Source of the DNA: Anaerolineales bacterium
GTDB taxonomy: Bacteria; Chloroflexota; Anaerolineae; Anaerolineales; UBA11858
NCBI GenBank assembly: GCA_016783125.1
Contig: JADHXE010000002.1
Span: 1-56,677, forward strand
Reading direction: 5' to 3'
DNA: 56,677 nt
Positions 17,805 to 26,352 of this stretch are shown here, piece by piece. The position numbers and the translations under genes were made by a program. Numbering within the stretch: the stretch's first letter is position 1; each line of letters opens with the position of its first letter. The notes beneath the pieces are model-generated. The model searched no databases. It was given only the letters and a program-made list of their open reading frames with translations, and was not told where the DNA came from.

Positions 17805-20057
17805 ATGACTGAGGAAACCCTGACGCTTGGCAAATCAGAACTGCGCAAAGATGCCTGGGATAAAGTGACCGGCGCGGCCCAATACGTCGCGGATATTCCC
17901 CTGACCGATCTTTGCCATGCTGTCATTGTGCGTTCGCCGCTTCATTATGGGCGAATCTTGGGTATAAATAAAAGTGCAGCCCAAAATATTCCAGGCGTAT
18001 TGCGCGTGCTGGCTGCTGAAGATATCCCAGGGAATAAGATCTTTGGTCCCCTTCTACAGGACCAACCCTCCCTGGCGATTGACATCGTTCGACATCTTGG
18101 CGAACCAGTCGCCATCGTAATTGCGGATAATCTGGAAACTGCCCGCATGGCCAGTGAATTGGTAAAGGTTGAGTATGAACCCCTTGAGCCGGTTTTCGAC
18201 CCTGGGCAATCCCTGAAGCCTGGGGGGCCTCGGCTGCACCCAGAAGGCAATCTGGCCGCCCAGTTTGATATCCAGGATGGCGATATCGAGGCCGGATTTG
18301 CTGAAGCGGATGTGGTTCTTGAAAATACTTTCTCTGTGCCGCGCATATCACCGGCCTATATGGAGCCTGAAAACTCGCTGGCGCGCTGGAACGAGGATGG
18401 TTTGATTACTGTTTGGGTAAGTTCCCAGCATCCCTTTACCGACCAGGTTTTCATTGCTGATGCATTAGATTTACCGGTCGAGAAGGTGCAGGTAAAAAGT
18501 GCCGTCATAGGCGGCGCTTTTGGCGGCAAAGAAGACTCAAGCCTGGCGATCCTGGCTGCGCTGAGCGCCTGGGCAGTGAGGGGCGCTGTACGTATTGTCA
18601 ATACTCGGAATGAATCCTTCCTGGCGCATCCTAAGCGGCACCCAGCCCTGATCAAGATGAAGCTTGGAGCCAAGCGAGATGGCACACTCGTCGCGTTGCG
18701 AGCCATGTCCCACATGGACACGGGGGCTTATGCCTCTTACGGGCCTGCGGTGGGTATTATTTTCACCGAAACCTTGGCAGGATCGTATCGCATTCCGAAT
18801 GTACACTTCGAGACTTTTGTTGCTTATACCAATAGCCCATTATCAGGCGCGATGCGCGGCTTTGGCAGCCCTCAATCCCACTTTGCGCTTGAAAGTATGT
18901 TGGATATGCTGGCTGCGGAATTAGATATGCATCCCCTTGCCCTGAGGCGAAAAAATATGCTTCGCCCGGGCGATAAAATGTTTACCGGAGTTGTGGTAAA
19001 CGACACTGCAAACAGTTTGCCGATCTGCCTGGATCAGGCCGAAGCTATCATCAAACGTTTCTCACAAATAGAGCCTGCCCCAGGTAAAACCGTTGGGGTT
19101 GGTATGGCCCTGGCCGCCCAATCTATGGGATTGGGGGCCAAAGTCCCCGATGATTCGACCCACCGCCTTGAGTGGAGTCCAGATGGTGATGTGTATGTGC
19201 ATCTCGGCTCGCCAGATATGGGCCAGGGGTTGGCGATGGCTGCTGAACAGGTTACTGCTGAAGCGCTGGGTTTGCCGTATGAAGTTGTGAAAACCATCCC
19301 GCTGGATACCCTGACCTCGCCCAACGGGAACGTGACCTGCGCCTCGCGCATGACTTATATGGTCGGCAATGCCTTGATAGACGCTGCTGACCGCCTGATT
19401 CAGCAGTTGTTGGATGAGGCTGCCAGGATGATGAATTTCCCTCGAGAGCAATTATCCTATCAGGTGGGGAGAGTTGTCTGCCCCGATGGTCAAAAAGTCG
19501 ATGCGGCAGAAATTGCCAGCCGGGTGGCTGATGATGGCCGCACGCTCCAGTGTGAGTCAACTTTTAGCTTTCCTTATCCCGAAGAAACTACGCCACAGCA
19601 TTTGCCGATTGGCATGCCCCACGTGATATTTTGTTTTGGCGCTCAAATTGTTCGCGTAGAAGTCGATCCTGAGATTGGAAATGTTGATGTTACCCATTTG
19701 GTGGCCATCCATGATGTGGGCAGAGTAATCAGTAAGCCGGCTGTGGAGGGCCAGATCGAAGGCGCCGTAGCTACTGGCCTGGGTTATGCGCTCTACGAGG
19801 AGATGCCTCTCAAAGAGCATCAGCAGTGGGTGGATAGTTTTACTGAATATTTGATCCCCACAACCAAAGATGTGCCCTTGAATTATGAAATCATAATCCT
19901 TGAGGTTCCCGAAGCCAGCGGTCCCTATGGCGCTAAGGGCATCGGAGAAATTCCCCTCGTCCCCACTGCGCCTGCCGTAGCGAACGCTGTATACGATGCG
20001 GTTGGCGTGCGGGTGAAATCATTGCCTCTCACGCCTGAAAAATTGATCAAAATATAG
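17805..20057 (+). CDS. Molybdopterin-binding large subunit, xanthine dehydrogenase/aldehyde oxidase family
   Basis: GGAFGGKE, AMRGFGSPQ, KGIGEIPL motifs; 750 aa. Confidence 0.85.
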   Translation: MTEETLTLGKSELRKDAWDKVTGAAQYVADIPLTDLCHAVIVRSPLHYGRILGINKSAAQNIPGVLRVLAAEDIPGNKIFGPLLQDQPSLAIDIVRHLGEPVAIVIADNLETARMASELVKVEYEPLEPVFDPGQSLKPGGPRLHPEGNLAAQFDIQDGDIEAGFAEADVVLENTFSVPRISPAYMEPENSLARWNEDGLITVWVSSQHPFTDQVFIADALDLPVEKVQVKSAVIGGAFGGKEDSSLAILAALSAWAVRGAVRIVNTRNESFLAHPKRHPALIKMKLGAKRDGTLVALRAMSHMDTGAYASYGPAVGIIFTETLAGSYRIPNVHFETFVAYTNSPLSGAMRGFGSPQSHFALESMLDMLAAELDMHPLALRRKNMLRPGDKMFTGVVVNDTANSLPICLDQAEAIIKRFSQIEPAPGKTVGVGMALAAQSMGLGAKVPDDSTHRLEWSPDGDVYVHLGSPDMGQGLAMAAEQVTAEALGLPYEVVKTIPLDTLTSPNGNVTCASRMTYMVGNALIDAADRLIQQLLDEAARMMNFPREQLSYQVGRVVCPDGQKVDAAEIASRVADDGRTLQCESTFSFPYPEETTPQHLPIGMPHVIFCFGAQIVRVEVDPEIGNVDVTHLVAIHDVGRVISKPAVEGQIEGAVATGLGYALYEEMPLKEHQQWVDSFTEYLIPTTKDVPLNYEIIILEVPEASGPYGAKGIGEIPLVPTAPAVANAVYDAVGVRVKSLPLTPEKLIKI

Positions 20058-20070
20058 GAGCACAAACTGC

Positions 20071-21333
20071 ATGAGTAAATTTATTGGTTATCGATGTTCC
20101 GTATGCGAAACAGAATACGGGACTGATGAAGTAACATATACATGCCCGAAAGATGGCGGAAACCTTGATGTAATCTTGGATTATGAGGCTATCAAAAAAT
20201 TATCTGTGGATGATCTGATCTTGAAGGATGAGCCATCTCTGTGGCGTTACCTGCCCCTATTACCTGTCCCTGACCCCGGTGGAAAAGCGACCACCCTTCG
20301 GGCTGCTGGCTGGACCCCTGTGTTTTCCCCTGCTCCCCTGGCGGAGAAACTCGGCCTGCGCCATCTCTACATCAAAGATGAGAGCGGCAATCCCACTGCT
20401 TCGTTCAAAGACCGTGCCAGTGCTGTGCTGATGGCCCGCGCCCGCGAAATTGACGCTGAAATCGTAGTGACCGCCTCCACCGGCAATGCTGGAGCAGCTC
20501 TGGCAGGCATGGCCGCGGCCGTAGGACACAAAGCAGTCATCTTTGCCCCTAAGACCGCACCACCCGCCAAAATCGCCCAACTGCAAATCTTCGGCGCCAA
20601 AGTTTTGCTGGTAGATGGCAATTATGACGCCGCCTTCGATCTCTCTGTACAGGCCTCCCAAGAATTTGGCTGGTACTGTCGCAATACGGGCTATAACCCT
20701 TTTACTGCTGAAGGCAAGAAGACCGCCGCGTTTGAGATTTGGGAACAAGTGATTAGAGATCAGATATTAGATATTAGAGATTCAATACCCAATATCCAAT
20801 ACCCTCTATCAATCTTCGTTTCAGTGGGCGACGGCAATATCATTTCAGGTATCCACAAAGGTTTCAAGGACCTGCTCGAACTTGGCCTGATCGAAAGTAT
20901 GCCGCGTATCTTCGGCGTGCAGTCAACCGAGTCCTCTGCGATAGCTAATGCCTTCAATGCTGGCACTGAGGAGATCAAACCTGTCAGCGCCACCACCCGC
21001 GCCGACAGCATCTCTGTGGATATGCCCCGAGATGGCCTGCGCGCCTTGCGAGCTGCCACCCAAACCGGCGGGGCTTATATAACCGTCCCCGATGATGAGA
21101 TCATTGCTGCTATCGCTGAGCTGGGCAAAGTTGGTATCTTTGCCGAACCGGCTGGCGCAACCTCCTACGCCGGATTAGTCAAAGCAGTCAACGATGGCTT
21201 GATCGGTCCGGATGATCCCGTGGTTGTGATGAACACTGGCAGCGGACTCAAAGATGTCAAAGCCGCCATGCAGGCTGCGGGCGAAGCCCCAATCATCGAG
21301 CCAACTCTGGAGGCCGTAAGGCGCTTGTTGTAA
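20071..21333 (+). CDS. Threonine-synthase-family PLP enzyme with N-terminal zinc ribbon
   Basis: CSVC...CPKDGG ribbon and PTASFKDRAS lysine motif; starts 13 nt after the molybdoenzyme gene, so probably co-transcribed. Confidence 0.7.
   Translation: MSKFIGYRCSVCETEYGTDEVTYTCPKDGGNLDVILDYEAIKKLSVDDLILKDEPSLWRYLPLLPVPDPGGKATTLRAAGWTPVFSPAPLAEKLGLRHLYIKDESGNPTASFKDRASAVLMARAREIDAEIVVTASTGNAGAALAGMAAAVGHKAVIFAPKTAPPAKIAQLQIFGAKVLLVDGNYDAAFDLSVQASQEFGWYCRNTGYNPFTAEGKKTAAFEIWEQVIRDQILDIRDSIPNIQYPLSIFVSVGDGNIISGIHKGFKDLLELGLIESMPRIFGVQSTESSAIANAFNAGTEEIKPVSATTRADSISVDMPRDGLRALRAATQTGGAYITVPDDEIIAAIAELGKVGIFAEPAGATSYAGLVKAVNDGLIGPDDPVVVMNTGSGLKDVKAAMQAAGEAPIIEPTLEAVRRLL
20751..20814. repeat. AT-rich low-complexity quasi-palindrome inserted in frame in the ThrC-like gene
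   Basis: gattagagatcagatattagatattagagatt / caatacccaatatccaataccctctatcaatc. Encodes IRDQILDIRDSIPNIQY between the conserved EQ and the PxxxxVxVGxGN segments, where canonical threonine synthases have about 4-5 residues. Confidence 0.65.
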
Positions 21334-21350
21334 CATCGGTTGTAGTATCT

Positions 21351-21616
21351 ACCACGAAGGACACAAAGAAACACTAAGAAAGAACAAAAAACTGTAGTTG
21401 TCAACATAACCTTATACACTTGTCATTCTGAACGGAGCGCAGCGGAGTGAAGAATCCCTGAATCTAAACATCGAATGTACCTGTGCAGGTGGAAAACCAA
21501 ACCGCGTTGTGGGGATTCCTCACTTCGTTCGGAATGACAACTTGAGTGGTAGTTCGAGCCACTCTTGGCTAATACAGACAGATCAAAAACCTTCGTGAAC
21601 CTTAGTGTTCTTAGCG
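21351..21616. repeat. Nested inverted repeats filling a 300-bp intergenic region
   Basis: Outer arrays of degenerate 8-9-nt units (cacgaagg/acacaaag/aacactaag at 21351-21385 versus ccttcgtg/cttagtgtt at 21590-21616). Inner arms ttgtcattctgaacg...agtgaagaatccc (21420-21458) versus ggggattcctcacttcgttcggaatgacaa (21511-21540). Confidence 0.7.
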
Positions 21617-21634
21617 TTTTGATTTTGGTTTTTT

Positions 21635-22735
21635 ATGGATCAGCAAAGAGTATGGAGTAAAGAATCACGCTATCTTGCCTTGGTGGGCTTGATCGTAATC
21701 CTGGTTGGTCTGGTCTGGTATTTCAGAGCTGTGATCAACCCGGTTGCCATTGCGGCCATCCTGGCCTATTTGCTCTATCCTGTCGTCAGATTCTTATCTG
21801 TCCGCACTCGCCTCTCCCACCGTGCAGCGGTGGTGATTGTGTATATATTAGCTCTGGTTCTCATGGTGTCGACACCAGTGATCATTGTGCCCACAGCTGT
21901 AAATCAGATCCGCATATTATCTCAAAATCTAGAATCCTTGATTACCCATTACGGGGAGTTGCTTGATACAACAGCTCATTTCATGAATTGGACGTTTACC
22001 TGGGGAGAGTTTCTTCCGGAAATCCCTGTCATATCAACGGATATGTTCACTCCTTTTGCGGAGAGCGCTTTCGCTATCGTGGGATTTTTGACCAAGAACT
22101 TCATGTGGGTGTTGGTCATCCTGGTAAGTTTTTATTACTTTTTGCAAGATGGACATCGCCTGGGGGAAACCATTGTACGCCTGGCTCCAGAGTCGCATCG
22201 CGAGGATGTGCGTCAAATCCTCACCCGTCTGAGTTATATCTGGTCTGATTATATGCGCAGCCAACTGGCTTTTATGTTTGCTGTTGGTTTGATGGACTCT
22301 GTGGCCTGGTTGGCGATAGGATTGCCCGGCGCTATATTTCTGGGACTCTTCACCGGGCTGACCAGCTTTGTCCATGAGATTGGCGCTGTCGTATCTGGCG
22401 TGCTGTCTGTTTTGGTGGCGTTGCTGGAAGGTTCCAACTTCCTCGATATGTCGAAATTCTGGTTTGCGGTGGTGGTGTTCATTCTTTATATGATCCTTAC
22501 CGGTATAAAAAATATCTGGCTGCGTCCCATCATCGTCGGACGAACGGTTCATGTTCATCCCGGCATTGTTTTCGTGGTTGTTATTGGGGCTTTGGTATTC
22601 CATGGCGCTTTGGCGGCATTTTTGGCAGTGCCAGCGCTGTTGACATTCTGGGAGATTGGCAAGTATCTGCGTCGCCGGGCGCTTGGATTGCCTCCATTCC
22701 CTGATGAAATAGAAGAAAACCCCGAAGAAAGGTAG
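21635..22735 (+). CDS. AI-2E (PerM/UPF0118) family membrane transporter
   Basis: 366-aa polytopic protein with the family's typical topology and C-terminal hydrophilic tail. Confidence 0.7.
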   Translation: MDQQRVWSKESRYLALVGLIVILVGLVWYFRAVINPVAIAAILAYLLYPVVRFLSVRTRLSHRAAVVIVYILALVLMVSTPVIIVPTAVNQIRILSQNLESLITHYGELLDTTAHFMNWTFTWGEFLPEIPVISTDMFTPFAESAFAIVGFLTKNFMWVLVILVSFYYFLQDGHRLGETIVRLAPESHREDVRQILTRLSYIWSDYMRSQLAFMFAVGLMDSVAWLAIGLPGAIFLGLFTGLTSFVHEIGAVVSGVLSVLVALLEGSNFLDMSKFWFAVVVFILYMILTGIKNIWLRPIIVGRTVHVHPGIVFVVVIGALVFHGALAAFLAVPALLTFWEIGKYLRRRALGLPPFPDEIEENPEER

Positions 22736-22754
22736 CTCTCATAGCGAGGAATTC

Positions 22755-22810
22755 CGAAAAAATGGGTGTGCGTGGGGGGCGTACACCCCCCACGCACACC
22801 CATTTTTTCG
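22755..22810. terminator. Copy of the palindromic terminator-like repeat
   Basis: cgaaaaaatgggtgtgcgtgggggg-cgtaca-ccccccacgcacacccattttttcg, 20 nt after the stop codon. Confidence 0.75.
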
Positions 22811-22851
22811 ATCTCTCAGTCTGAGGCCGAATGGTACGAAGAAAGTAGAAA

Positions 22852-23790
22852 ATGATGACGCCAGCTTATACAATTATTGCTCCCATATTTAACGAAGTTG
22901 AGAATATTCCCGAGTTGTACCGGCGCATATGTGAAGTGATGGATAACGCCGATAAGCCCTGGGAATTAGTGATGGTCGATGATGGCTCCACGGATGGCTC
23001 CGCTGATCTGATCCGAGAGTTGGCTGCTGCCGATCAGCGCGTGCGGCCGGTGATCTTCGCCCGCAATTTTGGACACCAGATCGCGGTCACCGCCGGTTTG
23101 GATTACAGCCGCGGCGAAGCCGTTGTGATCATCGATGCTGATTTACAAGATCCCCCCGAAGTGATCCTGGAGATGATCGCCAAATGGCGTCAGGGATATG
23201 AAGTCGTTTATGCAGTTCGTTCCGAGCGGGAGGGGGAGACCTGGTTCAAGGAGTTCACCGCTTCCCTGTTTTATCGCCTGATCTATCGCATCACCGATGT
23301 GGATATCCCGCTCGATACCGGCGATTTCCGCCTCTTGGATCGCAAGGTGGTCGATGTGATGGGCCAGATGCGCGAACGGCATCGTTTCTTGCGAGGCATG
23401 TCCGTTTGGGTGGGATTCAAGCAGACTGGTGTGGAGTACAAACGCGCTGCCCGTTTTGCCGGTGAAACCAAATACCCCTTAAAGAAAATGCTCAAGTTCG
23501 CCACCGATGCTATCACCAGCTTTTCATATTTCCCATTGCAGATGGCCATGTATTTGGGCTTTATTTCTGCGGGGATAAGCATCCTTGTTATCCCTGTGGT
23601 TATCGCCATGCGCCTGGCAGGTTCACAGGCTTTCTTTGGGCAGGCTTCAACATTGATCGCGGTCCTCTTCCTGGGGGGAGTCCAGTTAATATCCCTGGGC
23701 ATCCTGGGTGAATATGTTGGCCGTCTGTACGACGAGGCCAAAGGGCGGCCGCTCTATATCGTTAGCGAAGCGCCCTCCGGTGACAATTGA
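22852..23790 (+). CDS. GT2 polyprenyl-phosphate glycosyltransferase (GtrB/ArnC/DPM1-like)
   Basis: VMVDDGSTDGS, DADLQDPPE, two C-terminal transmembrane helices. Confidence 0.85.
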   Translation: MMTPAYTIIAPIFNEVENIPELYRRICEVMDNADKPWELVMVDDGSTDGSADLIRELAAADQRVRPVIFARNFGHQIAVTAGLDYSRGEAVVIIDADLQDPPEVILEMIAKWRQGYEVVYAVRSEREGETWFKEFTASLFYRLIYRITDVDIPLDTGDFRLLDRKVVDVMGQMRERHRFLRGMSVWVGFKQTGVEYKRAARFAGETKYPLKKMLKFATDAITSFSYFPLQMAMYLGFISAGISILVIPVVIAMRLAGSQAFFGQASTLIAVLFLGGVQLISLGILGEYVGRLYDEAKGRPLYIVSEAPSGDN

Positions 23791-23793
23791 ACC

Positions 23794-24012
23794 CAGGGCA
23801 ATCGCATATGGATTGTTAGCTCCGATCTCGGCGACTGAAAGTCGCAGCAACAGTTGCGAAACCTGCCTGGCCGGAGGCCCGCAAGGCGCGCAGGTTGAAT
23901 TCCAGTCGCCGAAGGGCGACTTCGCAAATGTTGGTGCAGTTCCGCCTATGGCGTGCGCCCCTACGGGGCAACTGCCGCATTATCTATAAAGTGTCTAAAT
24001 GCGATTGCCCTG
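23794..24012. mobile_element. 219-bp MITE-like non-autonomous element with perfect TIRs and a target-site duplication
   Basis: TIRs cagggcaatcgcat (23794-23807) / atgcgattgccctg (23999-24012). 10-bp direct repeat caattgaacc on both sides (23784-23793, which contains the GT2 stop codon, and 24013-24022). GC-rich core with many short hairpins and no credible ORF. Confidence 0.8.
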
Positions 24013-24053
24013 CAATTGAACCTTTTCCTCTAGCCTCCTCTCGCAGCCCGCGA

Positions 24054-24076
24054 TATAATCAAGTTGTCTGACAACT
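24054..24076 (+). promoter_or_regulatory. -10 box followed by the same operator-like palindrome as at 126-187
   Basis: TATAAT (24054-24059), then agttgtctgacaact (24062-24076), 48 nt upstream of the ATG at 24124. Confidence 0.55.
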
Positions 24077-24123
24077 GAGATTTTTACTTTTTTATTAGTC
24101 TAAATTACCTCGGAGAGTCCCCT

Positions 24124-25590
24124 ATGTACACGATTGATTTGACTGTTTTGGAAGACCGTCTTGCGCGATCTGTAGAGCGTGCTCGAGATCGGGATATTAT
24201 CATCCCAACCTTTGCGCAGATGAAAGATCCGGCGTTGATCCCGGATAAGTTCAAAGAAGAACTGGCTTCGATAGGCCTTTGGGATGTGCATCCCCGTAAC
24301 TTATTTCGCATCACCTGGCATAACGAACCGAAGGCCAGCGGCGGCGGATTCGGGGATGTGAATTATTTGGAGCTGCCCTCCAGCCTGACGGGTGTGCCTG
24401 CCCGAATCATTGTTCTGGTTGGCAAGTGGTTCCCCACTGGATCCCATAAGGTGGGTGCCGCCTTCGGGTGTCTCGCACCACGCCTGGTTACAGGTCAGTT
24501 CGACCCCACCACCCAAAAGGCAGTCTGGCCTTCCACGGGTAATTATTGCCGCGGTGGAGCCTACGACTCGGCCCTATTAGCCTGTGAGTCCATTGCTATC
24601 CTCCCCGAAGAGATGAGCCAGGAGCGTTTTGATTGGTTGGCCAATATTGCAGGTGAAACCATCAAAACTCCCGGAAGCGAATCCAATGTAAAAGAGATTT
24701 TCGATAAATGCTGGGAACTGCGCGCCACCGGTGAAGATCTGATGATCTTCAACCAGTTCGAGGAGTTCGGCAACTATCTATGGCATTATGAGATTACTGG
24801 TCATGCCATGGAAGAAGTGCTAAAGGAAGTTCTGGGGCCGAGAGACAAATACCGCGGTCTGGCCTCGGCCACCGGCTCAGCAGGGACGATTGCCAGTGGG
24901 GATTATTTGAAACAGATCTTCCCAGGCAGCAAAGTCATCGCCAGCGAAGCGCTTCAATGTCCCACGCTGCTCGAGAATGGCTACGGCGCTCACCGAATCG
25001 AGGGTATCGGCGATAAGCACGTGCCCTGGATACACAACTCCAAGAATACCGATATGCTGGTTGCCATTGACGATAATGCAGTTATCAACCTTGCTCGCTT
25101 GTTCAATGAGCCTGTAGGTCGTGAATACCTGGTCAAACAGGGCGTGCCCGAAGGTATTGTAAGCCAACTTGACTTGCTTGGTTTCTCTGGTATCTCTAAT
25201 GTGCTTTCGGCGATCAAAGCTGCCAAGTACTACGAAATGGGCGAAGAGGATATTATGCTCACGGTATTGACCGACTCGATGGATCTCTACCAGAGCCGTC
25301 TGACAGAAATGCATGATGAGTACGGCGAATATTCGGAGATCGATGCCGCCGCTGATTTTGCCCGTTGGCTGCAAGGCGAGTCAACCGATAACCTGCTCGA
25401 ACTGCGCTATGAAGACCGCCGCCGCGTGCATCAACTCAAGTACTTCACCTGGGTCGAGCAGCAGGGCCGCACCTATGATGAGATCCAGGAGCAGTGGTAC
25501 GGACGCGATTACTGGACCGACTTCCAGAAGCAGGTCCCAGAGATGGATGAACTGATCGAGAAATTCAACGAGAAGGTTGGCTTGATCTAG
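24124..25590 (+). CDS. Long fold-type-II (Trp-synthase-beta-like) PLP-dependent enzyme, function unknown
   Basis: Lysine motif KWFPTGSHKVGAA, STGNYCRGGAY, later glycine-rich SATGSAGT; 488 aa with N- and C-terminal extensions; GGAGAG RBS. Confidence 0.55.
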   Translation: MYTIDLTVLEDRLARSVERARDRDIIIPTFAQMKDPALIPDKFKEELASIGLWDVHPRNLFRITWHNEPKASGGGFGDVNYLELPSSLTGVPARIIVLVGKWFPTGSHKVGAAFGCLAPRLVTGQFDPTTQKAVWPSTGNYCRGGAYDSALLACESIAILPEEMSQERFDWLANIAGETIKTPGSESNVKEIFDKCWELRATGEDLMIFNQFEEFGNYLWHYEITGHAMEEVLKEVLGPRDKYRGLASATGSAGTIASGDYLKQIFPGSKVIASEALQCPTLLENGYGAHRIEGIGDKHVPWIHNSKNTDMLVAIDDNAVINLARLFNEPVGREYLVKQGVPEGIVSQLDLLGFSGISNVLSAIKAAKYYEMGEEDIMLTVLTDSMDLYQSRLTEMHDEYGEYSEIDAAADFARWLQGESTDNLLELRYEDRRRVHQLKYFTWVEQQGRTYDEIQEQWYGRDYWTDFQKQVPEMDELIEKFNEKVGLI

Positions 25591-25679
25591 GAGCTATTGA
25601 AAGCTTATTCAAAATCGAGTATCCTGATGTTACACCTGAAAGGGTGTCATCAGGATACTTTTAGTTACAGGGGTGTGCT

Positions 25680-26339
25680 ATGCACTTACCGGATCCGACT
25701 TCCTTGATTTTGGTCACGTTCATCCCCTCTCAGCGTGACCTGGAGATGGCGCGTGTTTTGGGGTGGTACCGCATTCCGCTAGCCACCGCGCCCAAAGTTG
25801 TGGCTGTGGATTACCTGGCTTTTTACCAACCGGCTTCTTTTGGTGAGCATAAATGGTGTATTGAATATGTTGCGCCTGTGCGCGGTCATGAGCTGACTAC
25901 AAGAGCTGAATTGTTGCGTGACGAATCTGATCATCCTAGAGCTGGTGAGGAGTACTTCAAGATTCAGCTTGACCCACTGATTGCACTCCCGCAACCCATA
26001 AAGGCTGAACGCTGGAAGCGAGTCACGTTTCTCTATACAACCGGGGAATACCTGCTTCGAGCAGAAACGATCAACGATCTGGTCGTTCACTCTGAAGAGC
26101 GCAAGCTGCTCTGGCGTGCCCTGCGTGAGCGCGTGAACCAGGAGCAGACGTATGAAGTGCCGGATGTTGATATGCCGCCTGAGGTGTTAGCGATGTTGTT
26201 GGGGATAAAGGAGCTTGGGGAGGGGTATGGGGCAAAGGAGCCAGAAGAGCCAGATGTGACAGAAGAACCAGATGTACCAAATGAACCAGAAGAGCCAGAA
26301 AAACCAGATGAGCCAGAACCGGGCAATATTTTGATGTGA
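25680..26339 (+). CDS. Conserved-looking hypothetical protein with a repeat-encoded acidic EP-rich tail
   Basis: Body has motifs LGWYRIPL, YLAFYQ, HPRAGEEYFKIQL. The last roughly 34 aa (EPEEPDVTEEPDVPNEPEEPEKPDEPEPG) are encoded by the 9-nt array at 26238-26318. Confidence 0.55.
   Translation: MHLPDPTSLILVTFIPSQRDLEMARVLGWYRIPLATAPKVVAVDYLAFYQPASFGEHKWCIEYVAPVRGHELTTRAELLRDESDHPRAGEEYFKIQLDPLIALPQPIKAERWKRVTFLYTTGEYLLRAETINDLVVHSEERKLLWRALRERVNQEQTYEVPDVDMPPEVLAMLLGIKELGEGYGAKEPEEPDVTEEPDVPNEPEEPEKPDEPEPGNILM
26238..26318. repeat. 9-nt-period array (9 units) forming the left flank of four-helix-bundle cassette 2
   Basis: gagccagaa gagccagat gtgacagaa gaaccagat gtaccaaat gaaccagaa gagccagaa aaaccagat gagccagaa. 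Confidence 0.85.
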
Positions 26340-26352
26340 GGAGGGTAGGATT

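Noticed and set aside
21544-21564. tRNA-like T-arm (gagtgg-tagttcga-gccactc)
   Set aside because: No acceptor, D or anticodon arms can be drawn around it. It is one of many small hairpins in a repeat-rich spacer.
23708-23989. 93-aa ORF spanning the MITE
   Set aside because: It starts inside the GT2 gene in another frame and reads through the TIR and the GC hairpins of the element, so it is a translation artefact of a structured repeat.
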